This document shows positions 49,207-57,636 of a stretch of 64,000 nt of DNA, one piece after another. The translations under genes and the position numbers were made by a program. The notes beneath the pieces were generated by a model. It did not search any database. It worked only from the letters and a program-made list of their open reading frames with translations, and was not told the DNA's origin. Each line of letters starts with the position of its first letter. The first letter of the stretch is position 1. The stretch is from Thermodesulfovibrionales bacterium. Lineage in GTDB: Bacteria > Nitrospirota > Thermodesulfovibrionia > Thermodesulfovibrionales > SM23-35. The DNA lies in assembly GCA_041658585.1 (NCBI GenBank), contig JBAZZX010000002.1, positions 4,704 through 68,703 on the forward strand, read 5' to 3'.

Positions 49207-49281
49207 TGCAACTTATTGTTGCAATTACCTTGCAATAAACACTGTTTTGTGGCTTTTTTAGATGTGCAATTTAATGTTGCG
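49207..49281. promoter_or_regulatory. Two palindromic candidate enhancer (UAS) sites
   Basis: TGCAAC-ttatt-GTTGCA (49207-49223, perfect) and TGCAAT-ttaat-GTTGCG (49265-49281). Confidence 0.5.
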
Positions 49282-49289
49282 GAGAAACA

Positions 49290-50591
49290 TTATGTTTCTA
49301 TTTTTAGTTTTCTGAGTTTTCTTTGGAGCTGCTGCCGGTGTATGCCGAGTTCAAAGGCTGCCTTTGAGATATTACCGCCTGACTTTTGCAGGGAAGACCA
49401 GATTAATTCTTTCTCGACATTTTTAATAGTCTCTTTCAGCTTTAGAGAAGGGCTTATCTTTTGCGACGGGAATTGCTGCAAACTTGCAGGCAGGTCCGCA
49501 GGGAGTATATCGGGACTGTTTGCAAAAGATACGGCGCGTTCTATAATATTCTCAAGTTCCCTGATATTACCGGGATAGGAATAGTTTGTCAGAATGCTCA
49601 TGGCTTCTTCGCTTATGTTTTTGATCAGCAGGTCCTTCCTCTTGTGGGCATGTTTTTCGATAAAATGATTCACTAAAACGGAAATATCTTCAATCCTGTT
49701 TCTTAAAGGCGGCAGATGGATGTTTATAACATTCAGCCTGTAAAACAGGTCTTCCCTGAAAACGCCCTTTTTGCAGGCCATATCAAGGTCTATGTTGGTT
49801 GCGGAAATGATCCTCAGATTCACTTTCTTTTGCCGGGAACCGCCTATTCTCATAACATCGCCTTCCTGCAATACCCTCAGGATTTTTACCTGGAAGAGTG
49901 GAGATACGTCTCCGATCTCGTCAAAGAATACGGTACCTCCGTCGGCAATCTCAAGCAGACCTTTTTTTGTATAATTGGCGCCGGTGAAGGCCCCCTTTTC
50001 GAAACCGAAAAGTTCCGATTCAAGCAGGGTATCGGGGATGGCGCTGCAGTTGATGACGGCAAAAGACCTTTCGTTCCTCGGGCTCCATTTATGAATCGCG
50101 CGTGCGACAAGCTCCTTTCCTGTACCGCTTTCTCCCGTAATCAATACGTTGCTCTCGCTTACGGCAGCCTTTTTGATAAGACCGAAGACCCCCTGCATCA
50201 GCGCGCTCGTTCCTATAGTTTCATCAAAACCATATTCCGTATTGAGTATCTTCTTTTTGTGTCCCTTGATGATGTCGCTTAAGATTTCAGCGGTAAGGGG
50301 TTTTTCGATGTAATCCGTTGCGCCGAGCCTCATTGCTTCTACGGCCTTTTTTACATCAGGAGTTGAAAAGGTGATGACGGGGATCTGCTGCCGCAGGTCT
50401 AATAAACTCTGTTTCCATTCCTTGACGTCAAGGTCGAGGAGGGCTAAATCATATTGCAGCAAATTCACGGGATCGGTGCCGACCGGAATGCCTTTTTGTT
50501 TCATGTCCTGCTTGCCGGCCGTAATCCTTACGGATTTAAATAATGCGGCTATTTTTTTCGATTCGCCGGAAATAACGAGCACATTGCGCAT
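49290..50591 (-). CDS. Sigma-54-dependent activator (NtrC family: receiver, AAA+, Fis-type HTH)
   Basis: GESGTGKELVARAIH and GAFTGA. C-terminal HTH AAFELGIHRQQLQRKLRKL. Confidence 0.88.
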   Translation of the reverse strand: MRNVLVISGESKKIAALFKSVRITAGKQDMKQKGIPVGTDPVNLLQYDLALLDLDVKEWKQSLLDLRQQIPVITFSTPDVKKAVEAMRLGATDYIEKPLTAEILSDIIKGHKKKILNTEYGFDETIGTSALMQGVFGLIKKAAVSESNVLITGESGTGKELVARAIHKWSPRNERSFAVINCSAIPDTLLESELFGFEKGAFTGANYTKKGLLEIADGGTVFFDEIGDVSPLFQVKILRVLQEGDVMRIGGSRQKKVNLRIISATNIDLDMACKKGVFREDLFYRLNVINIHLPPLRNRIEDISVLVNHFIEKHAHKRKDLLIKNISEEAMSILTNYSYPGNIRELENIIERAVSFANSPDILPADLPASLQQFPSQKISPSLKLKETIKNVEKELIWSSLQKSGGNISKAAFELGIHRQQLQRKLRKLKIET

Positions 50592-50647
50592 AGAGGTATT
50601 TTACCCCTAATAAGGCAGATATTGTTAAATGTTTTTTAAAATTCCTA

Positions 50648-50676
50648 TTGACAGGTCGCTTTTTACATCCTAATAA
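50648..50676 (+). promoter_or_regulatory. Sigma-70-type promoter with no intact gene downstream
   Basis: TTGACA, a 17-nt spacer, TAATAA. Confidence 0.4.
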
Positions 50677-50766
50677 TGCTTCTATAGTTAAAGATAGTCA
50701 TGTCAGGTTTTACATGTTTGTCCGAATGAATCGGTGTTGGTTCCAAGAGTTTTGCAATAACGTTAA

Positions 50767-50877
50767 TTTTCTGTATCAACTATCGGTTATGGCGAATCAA
50801 AACCCGTCACATTAAACGATACGGCGGAAGGAAGGGCCGCAAACAGGAGAGCTGAAATACTCGTACTCTCTAAGTAA
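50767..50877 (+). pseudogene. OmpA/MotB C-terminal domain remnant
   Basis: ...STIGYGESKPVTLNDTAEGRAANRRAEILVLSK-stop. An in-frame TAA lies immediately upstream, and the rest of the gene is absent. Confidence 0.65.
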
Positions 50878-50910
50878 GCCTATTTTTCTATCTTATAACT
50901 GATTTGACAT

Positions 50911-50953
50911 AAAGGCTTTTCGGGGGCGACACAATAACCTCCGAAAAGCCTTT
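50911..50953. terminator. 13-bp hairpin between convergent units
   Basis: aaaggcttttcgg ... ccgaaaagccttt. The T-run is weak. Confidence 0.4.
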
Positions 50954-50968
50954 ATAATTGGAACGGGT

Positions 50969-51466
50969 CTATCTGTAGTTTATAAATTCGATATTAAAAT
51001 CAAACTCTTTGCTTTTCAGCATTGCTATGACAGACTGAAGGTCGTCTATCTTTTTTGCTCTTACCCTCACCTGATCTTTCTGTATTTCCGCCTGGGCCTT
51101 GATCTTGGTGTCTTTAATGAGTTTTACGATTTCCTTTGCCCTCTCAGTGGAAATTCCCTGCTGGAGAGTAAGCGTCTGCCTGAGCGTTTCACCGGCTGCT
51201 TTTTCGATTTTGCCGAAAAGCAAGGTTTTCAGAGGCACATTACGTTTTACCAGTTTATTTTTCAGGATTTCAATTACGCTCTTGAGTTTATATTCATCAT
51301 CCGAAATGATTCCAATCTCCGACTTGTCCTTATCAAGTTCAAGGCTTGTTTTACTTCCCTTGAAATCAAACCTTTGTCCTATTTCCTTTACCGCCTGCTG
51401 GACCGCATTTGAGACCTCCTGCAAATCCACCCTGCTCACAATATCAAAAGAATGTTCATCCGCCAT
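50969..51466 (-). CDS. yajQ: YajQ-family nucleotide-binding protein
   Basis: SFDIVSRVDLQEVSNAVQQAVKEIGQRFDFKGS. Confidence 0.85.
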   Translation of the reverse strand: MADEHSFDIVSRVDLQEVSNAVQQAVKEIGQRFDFKGSKTSLELDKDKSEIGIISDDEYKLKSVIEILKNKLVKRNVPLKTLLFGKIEKAAGETLRQTLTLQQGISTERAKEIVKLIKDTKIKAQAEIQKDQVRVRAKKIDDLQSVIAMLKSKEFDFNIEFINYR

Positions 51467-51626
51467 ATATTACTCCTTTAAAGTTGAGTTTAGCTGAATC
51501 ATTATACCCAAATTGAGCGCTTCTACGCCATAGGTAAAAAAGTGAAGTGTTTGAACATCATGAGGTTGATAAATAGAAACTTTCCCCCCTTGCAAAAAGG
51601 GGGGCAGACTATTGATTTAAAAAAAC

Positions 51627-51771
51627 TTAAGCAATCTCTACGAACTGGATATCAAAGGCAAGATCTTTACCGGCCAGAGGATGATTCGCATCAAAGGTAA
51701 CAGATCTTACCGTCATGCAATTTGCCGGTATAATGAACCTTTACGGTATCGCCGCTTTTTGCTTGGTCCAC
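51627..51771 (-). pseudogene. FKBP-type peptidyl-prolyl isomerase remnant with an internal deletion
   Basis: The N-terminal part is GTG-DQAKSGDTVKVHYTGKLHDGKI. It joins out of frame to the family C-terminus VTFDANHPLAGKDLAFDIQFVEIA-stop. Confidence 0.65.
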
Positions 51772-51773
51772 GG

Positions 51774-51968
51774 TTATTCTTTTCTCTTGGTCCTGAAGGA
51801 TTTCATCCTCTTCTTCCGCGCTTCTCTCTGTTTGCGTTTCTCCTTGGTAGAAGGTTTCTCAAAATAACTGCGCTTTTTTATCTCCCTGAAGAGCCCTTCT
51901 TTCTGGAGCTTGTTCTTAAGTGTTTTTAATGCTTTTTCTATATCGTTGCCAAATACTCTAATCTCCAA
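51774..51968 (-). CDS. rpsU: Ribosomal protein S21
   Basis: Basic 64-aa protein, ...LKNKLQKEGLFREIKKRSYFEKPS. Confidence 0.9.
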   Translation of the reverse strand: MEIRVFGNDIEKALKTLKNKLQKEGLFREIKKRSYFEKPSTKEKRKQREARKKRMKSFRTKRKE

Positions 51969-51974
51969 GATATT

Positions 51975-52313
51975 TTATCTCCATCCTCTCCCTGTTTCCT
52001 TTTTCTTTCCAAATCCCCCGCCTCCGCCTGGTCTGCCTCCCGGCCCGCCGTGTCTTTCCTTCGGCGGTCTCGGTTTTGCCTCGCTTACGGTAAGTTTCCT
52101 TTCCATAAACAGTGTTTCGTTAAGGGCTCCTATTGCCTTCTGGGCATCTTCAGACGTTGCCATCTCGACAAACCCGAAACCCCGGGGAACTCCGGTATTG
52201 AGGTCGGTTATTATCTTTACCGATTCAACTTCTCCGTGCTCCGAAAAAAGCTTCCTGATGTCTTCTTCTGTTGCCTGAAAAGGTAAGTTGCCCACGTAAA
52301 TCTTCTTTTCCAT
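51975..52313 (-). CDS. RRM-type RNA-binding protein with a Gly/Arg tail
   Basis: KIYVGNLPF (RNP2) and RGFGFVEM (RNP1). Confidence 0.88.
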   Translation of the reverse strand: MEKKIYVGNLPFQATEEDIRKLFSEHGEVESVKIITDLNTGVPRGFGFVEMATSEDAQKAIGALNETLFMERKLTVSEAKPRPPKERHGGPGGRPGGGGGFGKKKETGRGWR

Positions 52314-52564
52314 TCCCGCTCTCCTGTTTCTATCAATAATAAAAAACCCCGGGGGCTTCTAAAGTACCCGGGATTGCCCTAACTTCAAAAGTTCAGAATC
52401 ATTATAAATAAAAATGACCTCATTTGTAAATTAAATATTACAATAGCCGTAAAAAAATATCAATAAACTCAAAGGATAACCCTTTTCCGCGGTTTTCGAT
52501 ATAATTTAAGTATATTAAAAAGGTCAAACCGAAAATCGTATTATTTGGTTTAAGGAGGAATCGA

Positions 52565-54415
52565 ATGTCAGATATAGCACAACTGGAAAAAATCTCAAAA
52601 TCAATCCGCTATTATATTATCACTTCAACCATAGAGGCCGGTTCAGGGCATCCCTCATCCTCTTTGTCTGCAACAGACCTGATGACGGGTCTTTTATTCG
52701 GCGGCGTCTTCAGATTTGATGCGGACAATCCGGAGCAGCCGAATAATGACCGCCTGATCTTTTCCAAAGGCCATGCGTCGCCCCTTTTCTATGCATTATG
52801 GGCCGCCGCAGGAAAAGTGTCCGAAGCGGAACTTATGACGTTGAGAAAATTCGGAAGTCCCCTCGAAGGTCATCCGACGACTGCCTTTAAATATACTGAA
52901 GCCGCAACCGGTTCACTTGGACAAGGTCTCTCTATCGGATTAGGGATGGCTCTAAATGCAAAATATATCGATAAGCTGCCTTACAGGACCTATGTGCTTC
53001 TCGGAGACAGTGAAATGTCCGAGGGATCTCAATGGGAAGCGATACAGGTTGCCGCCTATTACAAATTAAATAACCTTATCGGGATTATCGACGTCAACCG
53101 TCTCGGACAGCGCGGCGAAACAATGTATGGTCATGACCTCCATGCTTATGAGCAAAGGGTCTCCTCCTTCGGCTGGGAAACAATACTGATTGACGGCCAC
53201 TCTTTCCCGGAGATCCTCTCAGCCTATGAGAAAGCCGTTCAGGTTAATTATAAACCGGTCATGATAATTGCAAAAACTATAAAAGGAAAAGGAATCTCTT
53301 TTATTGAGGACAAAAACGGGTGGCACGGAAAACCTCCTAAAAAAGAAGATTTGGATAAGGCTTTACATGAATTGGGAACTGTCGATACCTCGACCAAAGG
53401 AAAAATTACAAAACCGGATGATCTAAAGCCGGCGACCGAGGCCCCGAAAAAAATACTGGAAATAAATTATCCCTCCGACAAACCCGTAGCTACACGCAAG
53501 GCATACGGTAAAGCCCTTGTCCGCATATTTCCGAAATATCCCGGCATAGTGGTTTTGGACGCCGAGGTAAGCAATTCCACATTTTCCGAAATGTTTAAGG
53601 AACAATTTCCCTGGCGTTTTTTTGAAATGTTTATAACCGAACAGAACATGGTCGGTACGGCTTTAGGTCTGAGCAGGAGGGGAAAGATTCCTTTTATCTC
53701 AACCTTCGCGGCATTTTTTACAAGGGCTTTCGACCAGATAAGGATGAGTCAATACTCGGAGGCAAATATAAAATTCTGCGGATCACACGCCGGCGTGTCT
53801 ATTGGAGAGGACGGCTCTTCACAAATGGGACTTGAAGATATTGCGATGTTCAGGGCGGTGCTGAACAGCGTTGTCCTCTATCCCTCTGATGCAGTGTCGG
53901 CTGAAAAGCTCGTTGAAGAGGCTGCAAAACATTACGGTATTGTCTATATACGCACTACGAGAAACGATACTCCCGTTCTTTACGGAAGCGATGAAGCCTT
54001 TTATATCGGAGGGTGCAAAGTCCTGAGATCAAGCGGGGATGACCATGTTACGGTTATCGCTGCAGGCATTACTCTCTACGAAGCTCTCAAAGCCTATGAT
54101 GAGCTGATTAAAGAAGGCATATTTATTCGTGTTATCGATCTTTACAGCGTAAAGCCGGCTGACATAAAAACACTTTGTGAAGCGGCCCGGAATACAAAAG
54201 CAATTATTACCGTAGAAGACCATTTCGCCGAAGGCGGCATCGGAGAAGCCGTCGGAAGCGCGCTCCGCAATCAGCCTGTCCCTGTCCACTCCCTTGCGGT
54301 TCGGAAAATGCCGAAAAGCGGAAAGACACGGGAGCTTCTCGATTATGAGGAAATTTCCGGGGATGCAATTATTAAGAAGGTAAAGGAATTGCTCACTGCT
54401 CTGCCGCCTTTTTAA
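52565..54415 (+). CDS. tkt: Transketolase
   Basis: SGHPSSSLS, GDSEMSEGSQWEA, and a pyrimidine-binding/C-terminal domain. Confidence 0.88.
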   Translation: MSDIAQLEKISKSIRYYIITSTIEAGSGHPSSSLSATDLMTGLLFGGVFRFDADNPEQPNNDRLIFSKGHASPLFYALWAAAGKVSEAELMTLRKFGSPLEGHPTTAFKYTEAATGSLGQGLSIGLGMALNAKYIDKLPYRTYVLLGDSEMSEGSQWEAIQVAAYYKLNNLIGIIDVNRLGQRGETMYGHDLHAYEQRVSSFGWETILIDGHSFPEILSAYEKAVQVNYKPVMIIAKTIKGKGISFIEDKNGWHGKPPKKEDLDKALHELGTVDTSTKGKITKPDDLKPATEAPKKILEINYPSDKPVATRKAYGKALVRIFPKYPGIVVLDAEVSNSTFSEMFKEQFPWRFFEMFITEQNMVGTALGLSRRGKIPFISTFAAFFTRAFDQIRMSQYSEANIKFCGSHAGVSIGEDGSSQMGLEDIAMFRAVLNSVVLYPSDAVSAEKLVEEAAKHYGIVYIRTTRNDTPVLYGSDEAFYIGGCKVLRSSGDDHVTVIAAGITLYEALKAYDELIKEGIFIRVIDLYSVKPADIKTLCEAARNTKAIITVEDHFAEGGIGEAVGSALRNQPVPVHSLAVRKMPKSGKTRELLDYEEISGDAIIKKVKELLTALPPF

Positions 54416-54818
54416 GGTCCTTTAAAAAAATCCCGGTAAGAGTCTTCATCCTTTTCACGGGAAGAAGCAAACCTGAACCGACGGTCAACATACCAGTAAA
54501 GGTCTCCCTGCTGATAACATGGGTTCCCTTTTCATTTCTTTCAAAAAGGAATTCATGCCTCGCTTCAAGTCCTTTCTTTCTCGCAATCCAGACGATACGC
54601 TCCTGCGGGACTATTTCCTCTATCTGAAGTTTTACATGGATAGGTAAAAAAAACGGCCGCAGGGTGCATTTCAGCGATTTACCGTCCGTTAAGCTCCGGC
54701 CTTTCGTGCGCACATCTTTTAAAACCGTATTCCAGTTGACCCAGCACGCAAGATCGGTAAAAGTATCCCAGACTTTTTCTAATGTTGAGTTAATGGTTAT
54801 TGTTTCTTTAATTACCAT
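54393..54818 (-). CDS. SRPBCC-superfamily protein
   Basis: 141 aa with a typical ...VWDTFTDLACWVNWN... start. Weak call. Confidence 0.5.
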   Translation of the reverse strand: MVIKETITINSTLEKVWDTFTDLACWVNWNTVLKDVRTKGRSLTDGKSLKCTLRPFFLPIHVKLQIEEIVPQERIVWIARKKGLEARHEFLFERNEKGTHVISRETFTGMLTVGSGLLLPVKRMKTLTGIFLKDLKKAAEQ

Positions 54819-54835
54819 ATATTATTTATCAGATT

Positions 54836-54965
54836 GAGGCTCTTGCAAAAGTCTTGAAAAGATCAAAATGTCATGGTGAGCCTGTCGAACCATGTCTATA
54901 ATTCAACTACTTACATCACCCTTCGACAAGCTCAGGGTGACAAAAAGGACTTTTGCAAGAGGCTC
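54836..54965. mobile_element. Family-A MITE-like element, complete 130-bp form
   Basis: gaggctcttgcaaaagtc ... gacttttgcaagaggctc. The left arm is the CATGG variant and the right arm is the CACCC variant. Confidence 0.85.
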
Positions 54966-55138
54966 AGATTAAACGACTTTGTTCCTGCCGGTATTTTTGG
55001 CTCTGTAAAGACATTCATCGGCGCTTTTGATAATATCTTCAACATCTTTTTTAATATCGTCTTTGATAACTACGTAAGATACCCCGATGCTAATCGTAAC
55101 CGGTATATCCTGTCTGATTTCTTATCTAAGGATATCTT

Positions 55139-56293
55139 TCATTTTTTTGCCGCTTCTTTAATGAGCGCCTGTCCTATTACATTCCTCTGTATCTGGTTTG
55201 TGCCTTCGTATATCTGGAGTATCTTGGCGTCTCTCATCATCTTTTCAACAGGGTATTCCCTCATATAACCTGACCCGCCCATGACCTGGACGGCATTGGT
55301 TGTCACCCTCATAGCCAGATCAGTTGCATAGACTTTCGCCATAGCCGATTCCTTTGTCACATCCTTTGCGCCGCTGTCCATATATCTCGCAACCGAATAG
55401 ACGAGCGCCCTTGCAGCTTCAATTTCTATGGCCATGTCTGCAAGCATATGCTGGACCGCCTGAAAAGTTATGATAGGGTGCCCGAACTGGACACGCTGCC
55501 GTGAAAACTTCAATGCCTCCTCAAAAGCTCCCTGTGCAACACCCACTCCCTGTGCGCCCACGCCGGCTCTTGCGTTGTCCAATGTCTTCATCGCAATGAT
55601 AAAACCCATGCCTTCCTTTCCGATGATATTCTCTTTCGGGATCCGGCAATTATCGAAAATCAGTTCTCTGGTTGATGACGTCCTTATCCCCATCTTCTTT
55701 TCTTTTTTGCCGAAAGTAAAGCCCGGCGTCCCTTTTTCTATAACAAAAGCCGAGGCGCCCCGGGCCCCTTTTGATTTGTCTGTAATGGCGATAATGGTAT
55801 ATATCTCGGCTTCACCGCCGTTTGTAATCCACTGTTTTGTTCCGTTCAGAACATATTCATTGCCGTCACGCTTTGCTGTTGTCTGTATGCCTGCAGCGTC
55901 GCTGCCTGCGTTTGCTTCGGTCAGTCCGAAAGCGACAAGTCTCTTACCGGAGGCAATATCGGGCAGAAACCTCTTTTTCTGTTCATCAGCGCCGAAAAGC
56001 AGCATCGGAAAAGTGCCGAGGGCGTTTGCGGCATAGGTCGTTGCAACGCCAAGACACGCCCGTGACAGTTCTTCCACTGTAAGACACAATTCAAGGCATC
56101 CCTTTCCAATACCTCCGTATTCCTCGGGTATAAAAAGCCCGAACATGTCGGATTGCGCAAGCGCCTGCATTATCTCCCATGGGAATTCTTCCGTTTCATC
56201 AAGTTCCGCCCTGACAGGAACGATTTTCTCCTCCGCTATTTGCCTGGCGAGGTCTCTTATCATAATCTGCTCTTCATTCAAAAAATAGTCCAT
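55139..56293 (-). CDS. Acyl-CoA dehydrogenase
   Basis: LTEANAGSDA and ...QIYEGTNQIQR. The likely start is MDYFLNEEQ. Confidence 0.88.
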   Translation of the reverse strand: MDYFLNEEQIMIRDLARQIAEEKIVPVRAELDETEEFPWEIMQALAQSDMFGLFIPEEYGGIGKGCLELCLTVEELSRACLGVATTYAANALGTFPMLLFGADEQKKRFLPDIASGKRLVAFGLTEANAGSDAAGIQTTAKRDGNEYVLNGTKQWITNGGEAEIYTIIAITDKSKGARGASAFVIEKGTPGFTFGKKEKKMGIRTSSTRELIFDNCRIPKENIIGKEGMGFIIAMKTLDNARAGVGAQGVGVAQGAFEEALKFSRQRVQFGHPIITFQAVQHMLADMAIEIEAARALVYSVARYMDSGAKDVTKESAMAKVYATDLAMRVTTNAVQVMGGSGYMREYPVEKMMRDAKILQIYEGTNQIQRNVIGQALIKEAAKK

Positions 56294-56480
56294 TCTCAGT
56301 CCTCCGCTTACAATTTTTGATCTCAATCTCATGTGCAAGACTCAAATGTATGTGATAAAGTCGTCGAGCATGAATTTTAACAGAAAAGGAAAGGATTTTA
56401 AAATGTTATTAATAGGTTAAGGTATGTATGCAAATATCAGGTCCGATATGACCGATGGTTGGAACAGAGTTCACCTTGCG

Positions 56481-56864
56481 CTAATCAACTAAACTTATTC
56501 CTTCGTTCAATATCTTCAGCCCAGTTAAAGATGAATAGGGTTCTTTCATGACCCACATGATCCGGGCACTTAGATTGGAATTCCTCCATTGGATATCCAT
56601 GAGATCTCCGATCGGCAAGACGGGAGGGGACGATATTTTAACGGTAAGGCCGTTTCTGGAAACATTCAAAGGGGTTGCCTGAAGGTTTGCGCCTTTATAA
56701 GAAAAGGCCATATCGACGGGCTTGACTAAACGGTCTTCATCCCTTCTTTCCATACCATGTTTTCCGCTGTAAACTATCCCGCAATATGGACAGGGTTTAA
56801 AGGCCTCTGCCGAAGCACTGTAGGAGTCCTTCCGGCAAGACGGACATGAAAGTCTTAAAATCAA
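56481..56864 (-). CDS. Zinc-ribbon plus PilZ-domain protein
   Basis: CPSC...CPYCG, then RRDEDR ... NVSRNG. Confidence 0.6.
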   Translation of the reverse strand: MILRLSCPSCRKDSYSASAEAFKPCPYCGIVYSGKHGMERRDEDRLVKPVDMAFSYKGANLQATPLNVSRNGLTVKISSPPVLPIGDLMDIQWRNSNLSARIMWVMKEPYSSLTGLKILNEGISLVD

Positions 56865-57015
56865 TTCTTCTCCCCTCGGGGAATTTTTATAATTTAACCG
56901 TCAGATGTACCTAACACATATATAAATACTAAATACAAATACATTTTGCAACTGATTAAAGGTTTGAGCTAAAGCACAAAAGGTTTTAAACAGGCCTGAT
57001 ACTTTTGTTGTAATA

Positions 57016-57636
57016 TCAGAAGGAGCCCGGCCACAGCCGGTGGGTGTAGAGGGCAAGCTGTAGTCTGTCCGTAACGCCGACTTTCTTATATATACGGTTG
57101 CAATGGGACTTTACAGTCTGCTCGCTGATGTCAAGCTTCTGGGCGATTTCCTTGTTTCTGTACCCAAGGCAGATAAGGCTTACTATCTCTCTTTCCCTTT
57201 TGGTAAGGTCTATGCTCTTTTCCTCGTGGTTTATGCGACAGAGGATGTTCTTGATAATCTTCCGGTCCAGCCATAGTTCTCCGGAATGTGCAACCCTTAT
57301 CGCCTCTTTTAATATCACGGAATCCGCATCAGAAGAAAGGATGCCGTATACCCCTTTTAAGATCAGGTCCGGTATCTTCCGTTCCGACTCGGGCGTCCAG
57401 GAACTATCGCCGATCAGGAGAAACTTAACCCTGTTGTTCAGGGATGCTTCGGGAAAGGTGCGGAATATTTTATGGTCAACGAGCGCCAGGTCGGGTTCAA
57501 GCTTCAGGATTTCCTCGATGTCGGCGCCTTCATCAAAAATGCCGATAATTTCAACGCCTTCGTCATCCTTCAGGAGTTTTTTTATTCCCTCTCCAAGCAG
57601 ATAGCTGTGGCAGCCTATGACAATCCGTATCTTCAT
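57016..57636 (-). CDS. LuxR/NarL-type response regulator with a degenerate receiver
   Basis: C-terminal HTH LTKREREIVSLICLGYRNKEIAQKL. The receiver lacks the N-terminal acidic pair. Confidence 0.8.
   Translation of the reverse strand: MKIRIVIGCHSYLLGEGIKKLLKDDEGVEIIGIFDEGADIEEILKLEPDLALVDHKIFRTFPEASLNNRVKFLLIGDSSWTPESERKIPDLILKGVYGILSSDADSVILKEAIRVAHSGELWLDRKIIKNILCRINHEEKSIDLTKREREIVSLICLGYRNKEIAQKLDISEQTVKSHCNRIYKKVGVTDRLQLALYTHRLWPGSF

Noticed and set aside
49716-50282. A 188-aa plus-strand ORF. Comparable long antisense ORFs lie at 55470..56036, 16883..17446, 44652..45143, 3833..4327 and 57098..57604.
   Set aside because: Each lies opposite a gene with clear family motifs (NtrC-type activator, ACAD, pdxJ, TauE permease, pcm, LuxR regulator). 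I treat them as non-coding shadows.
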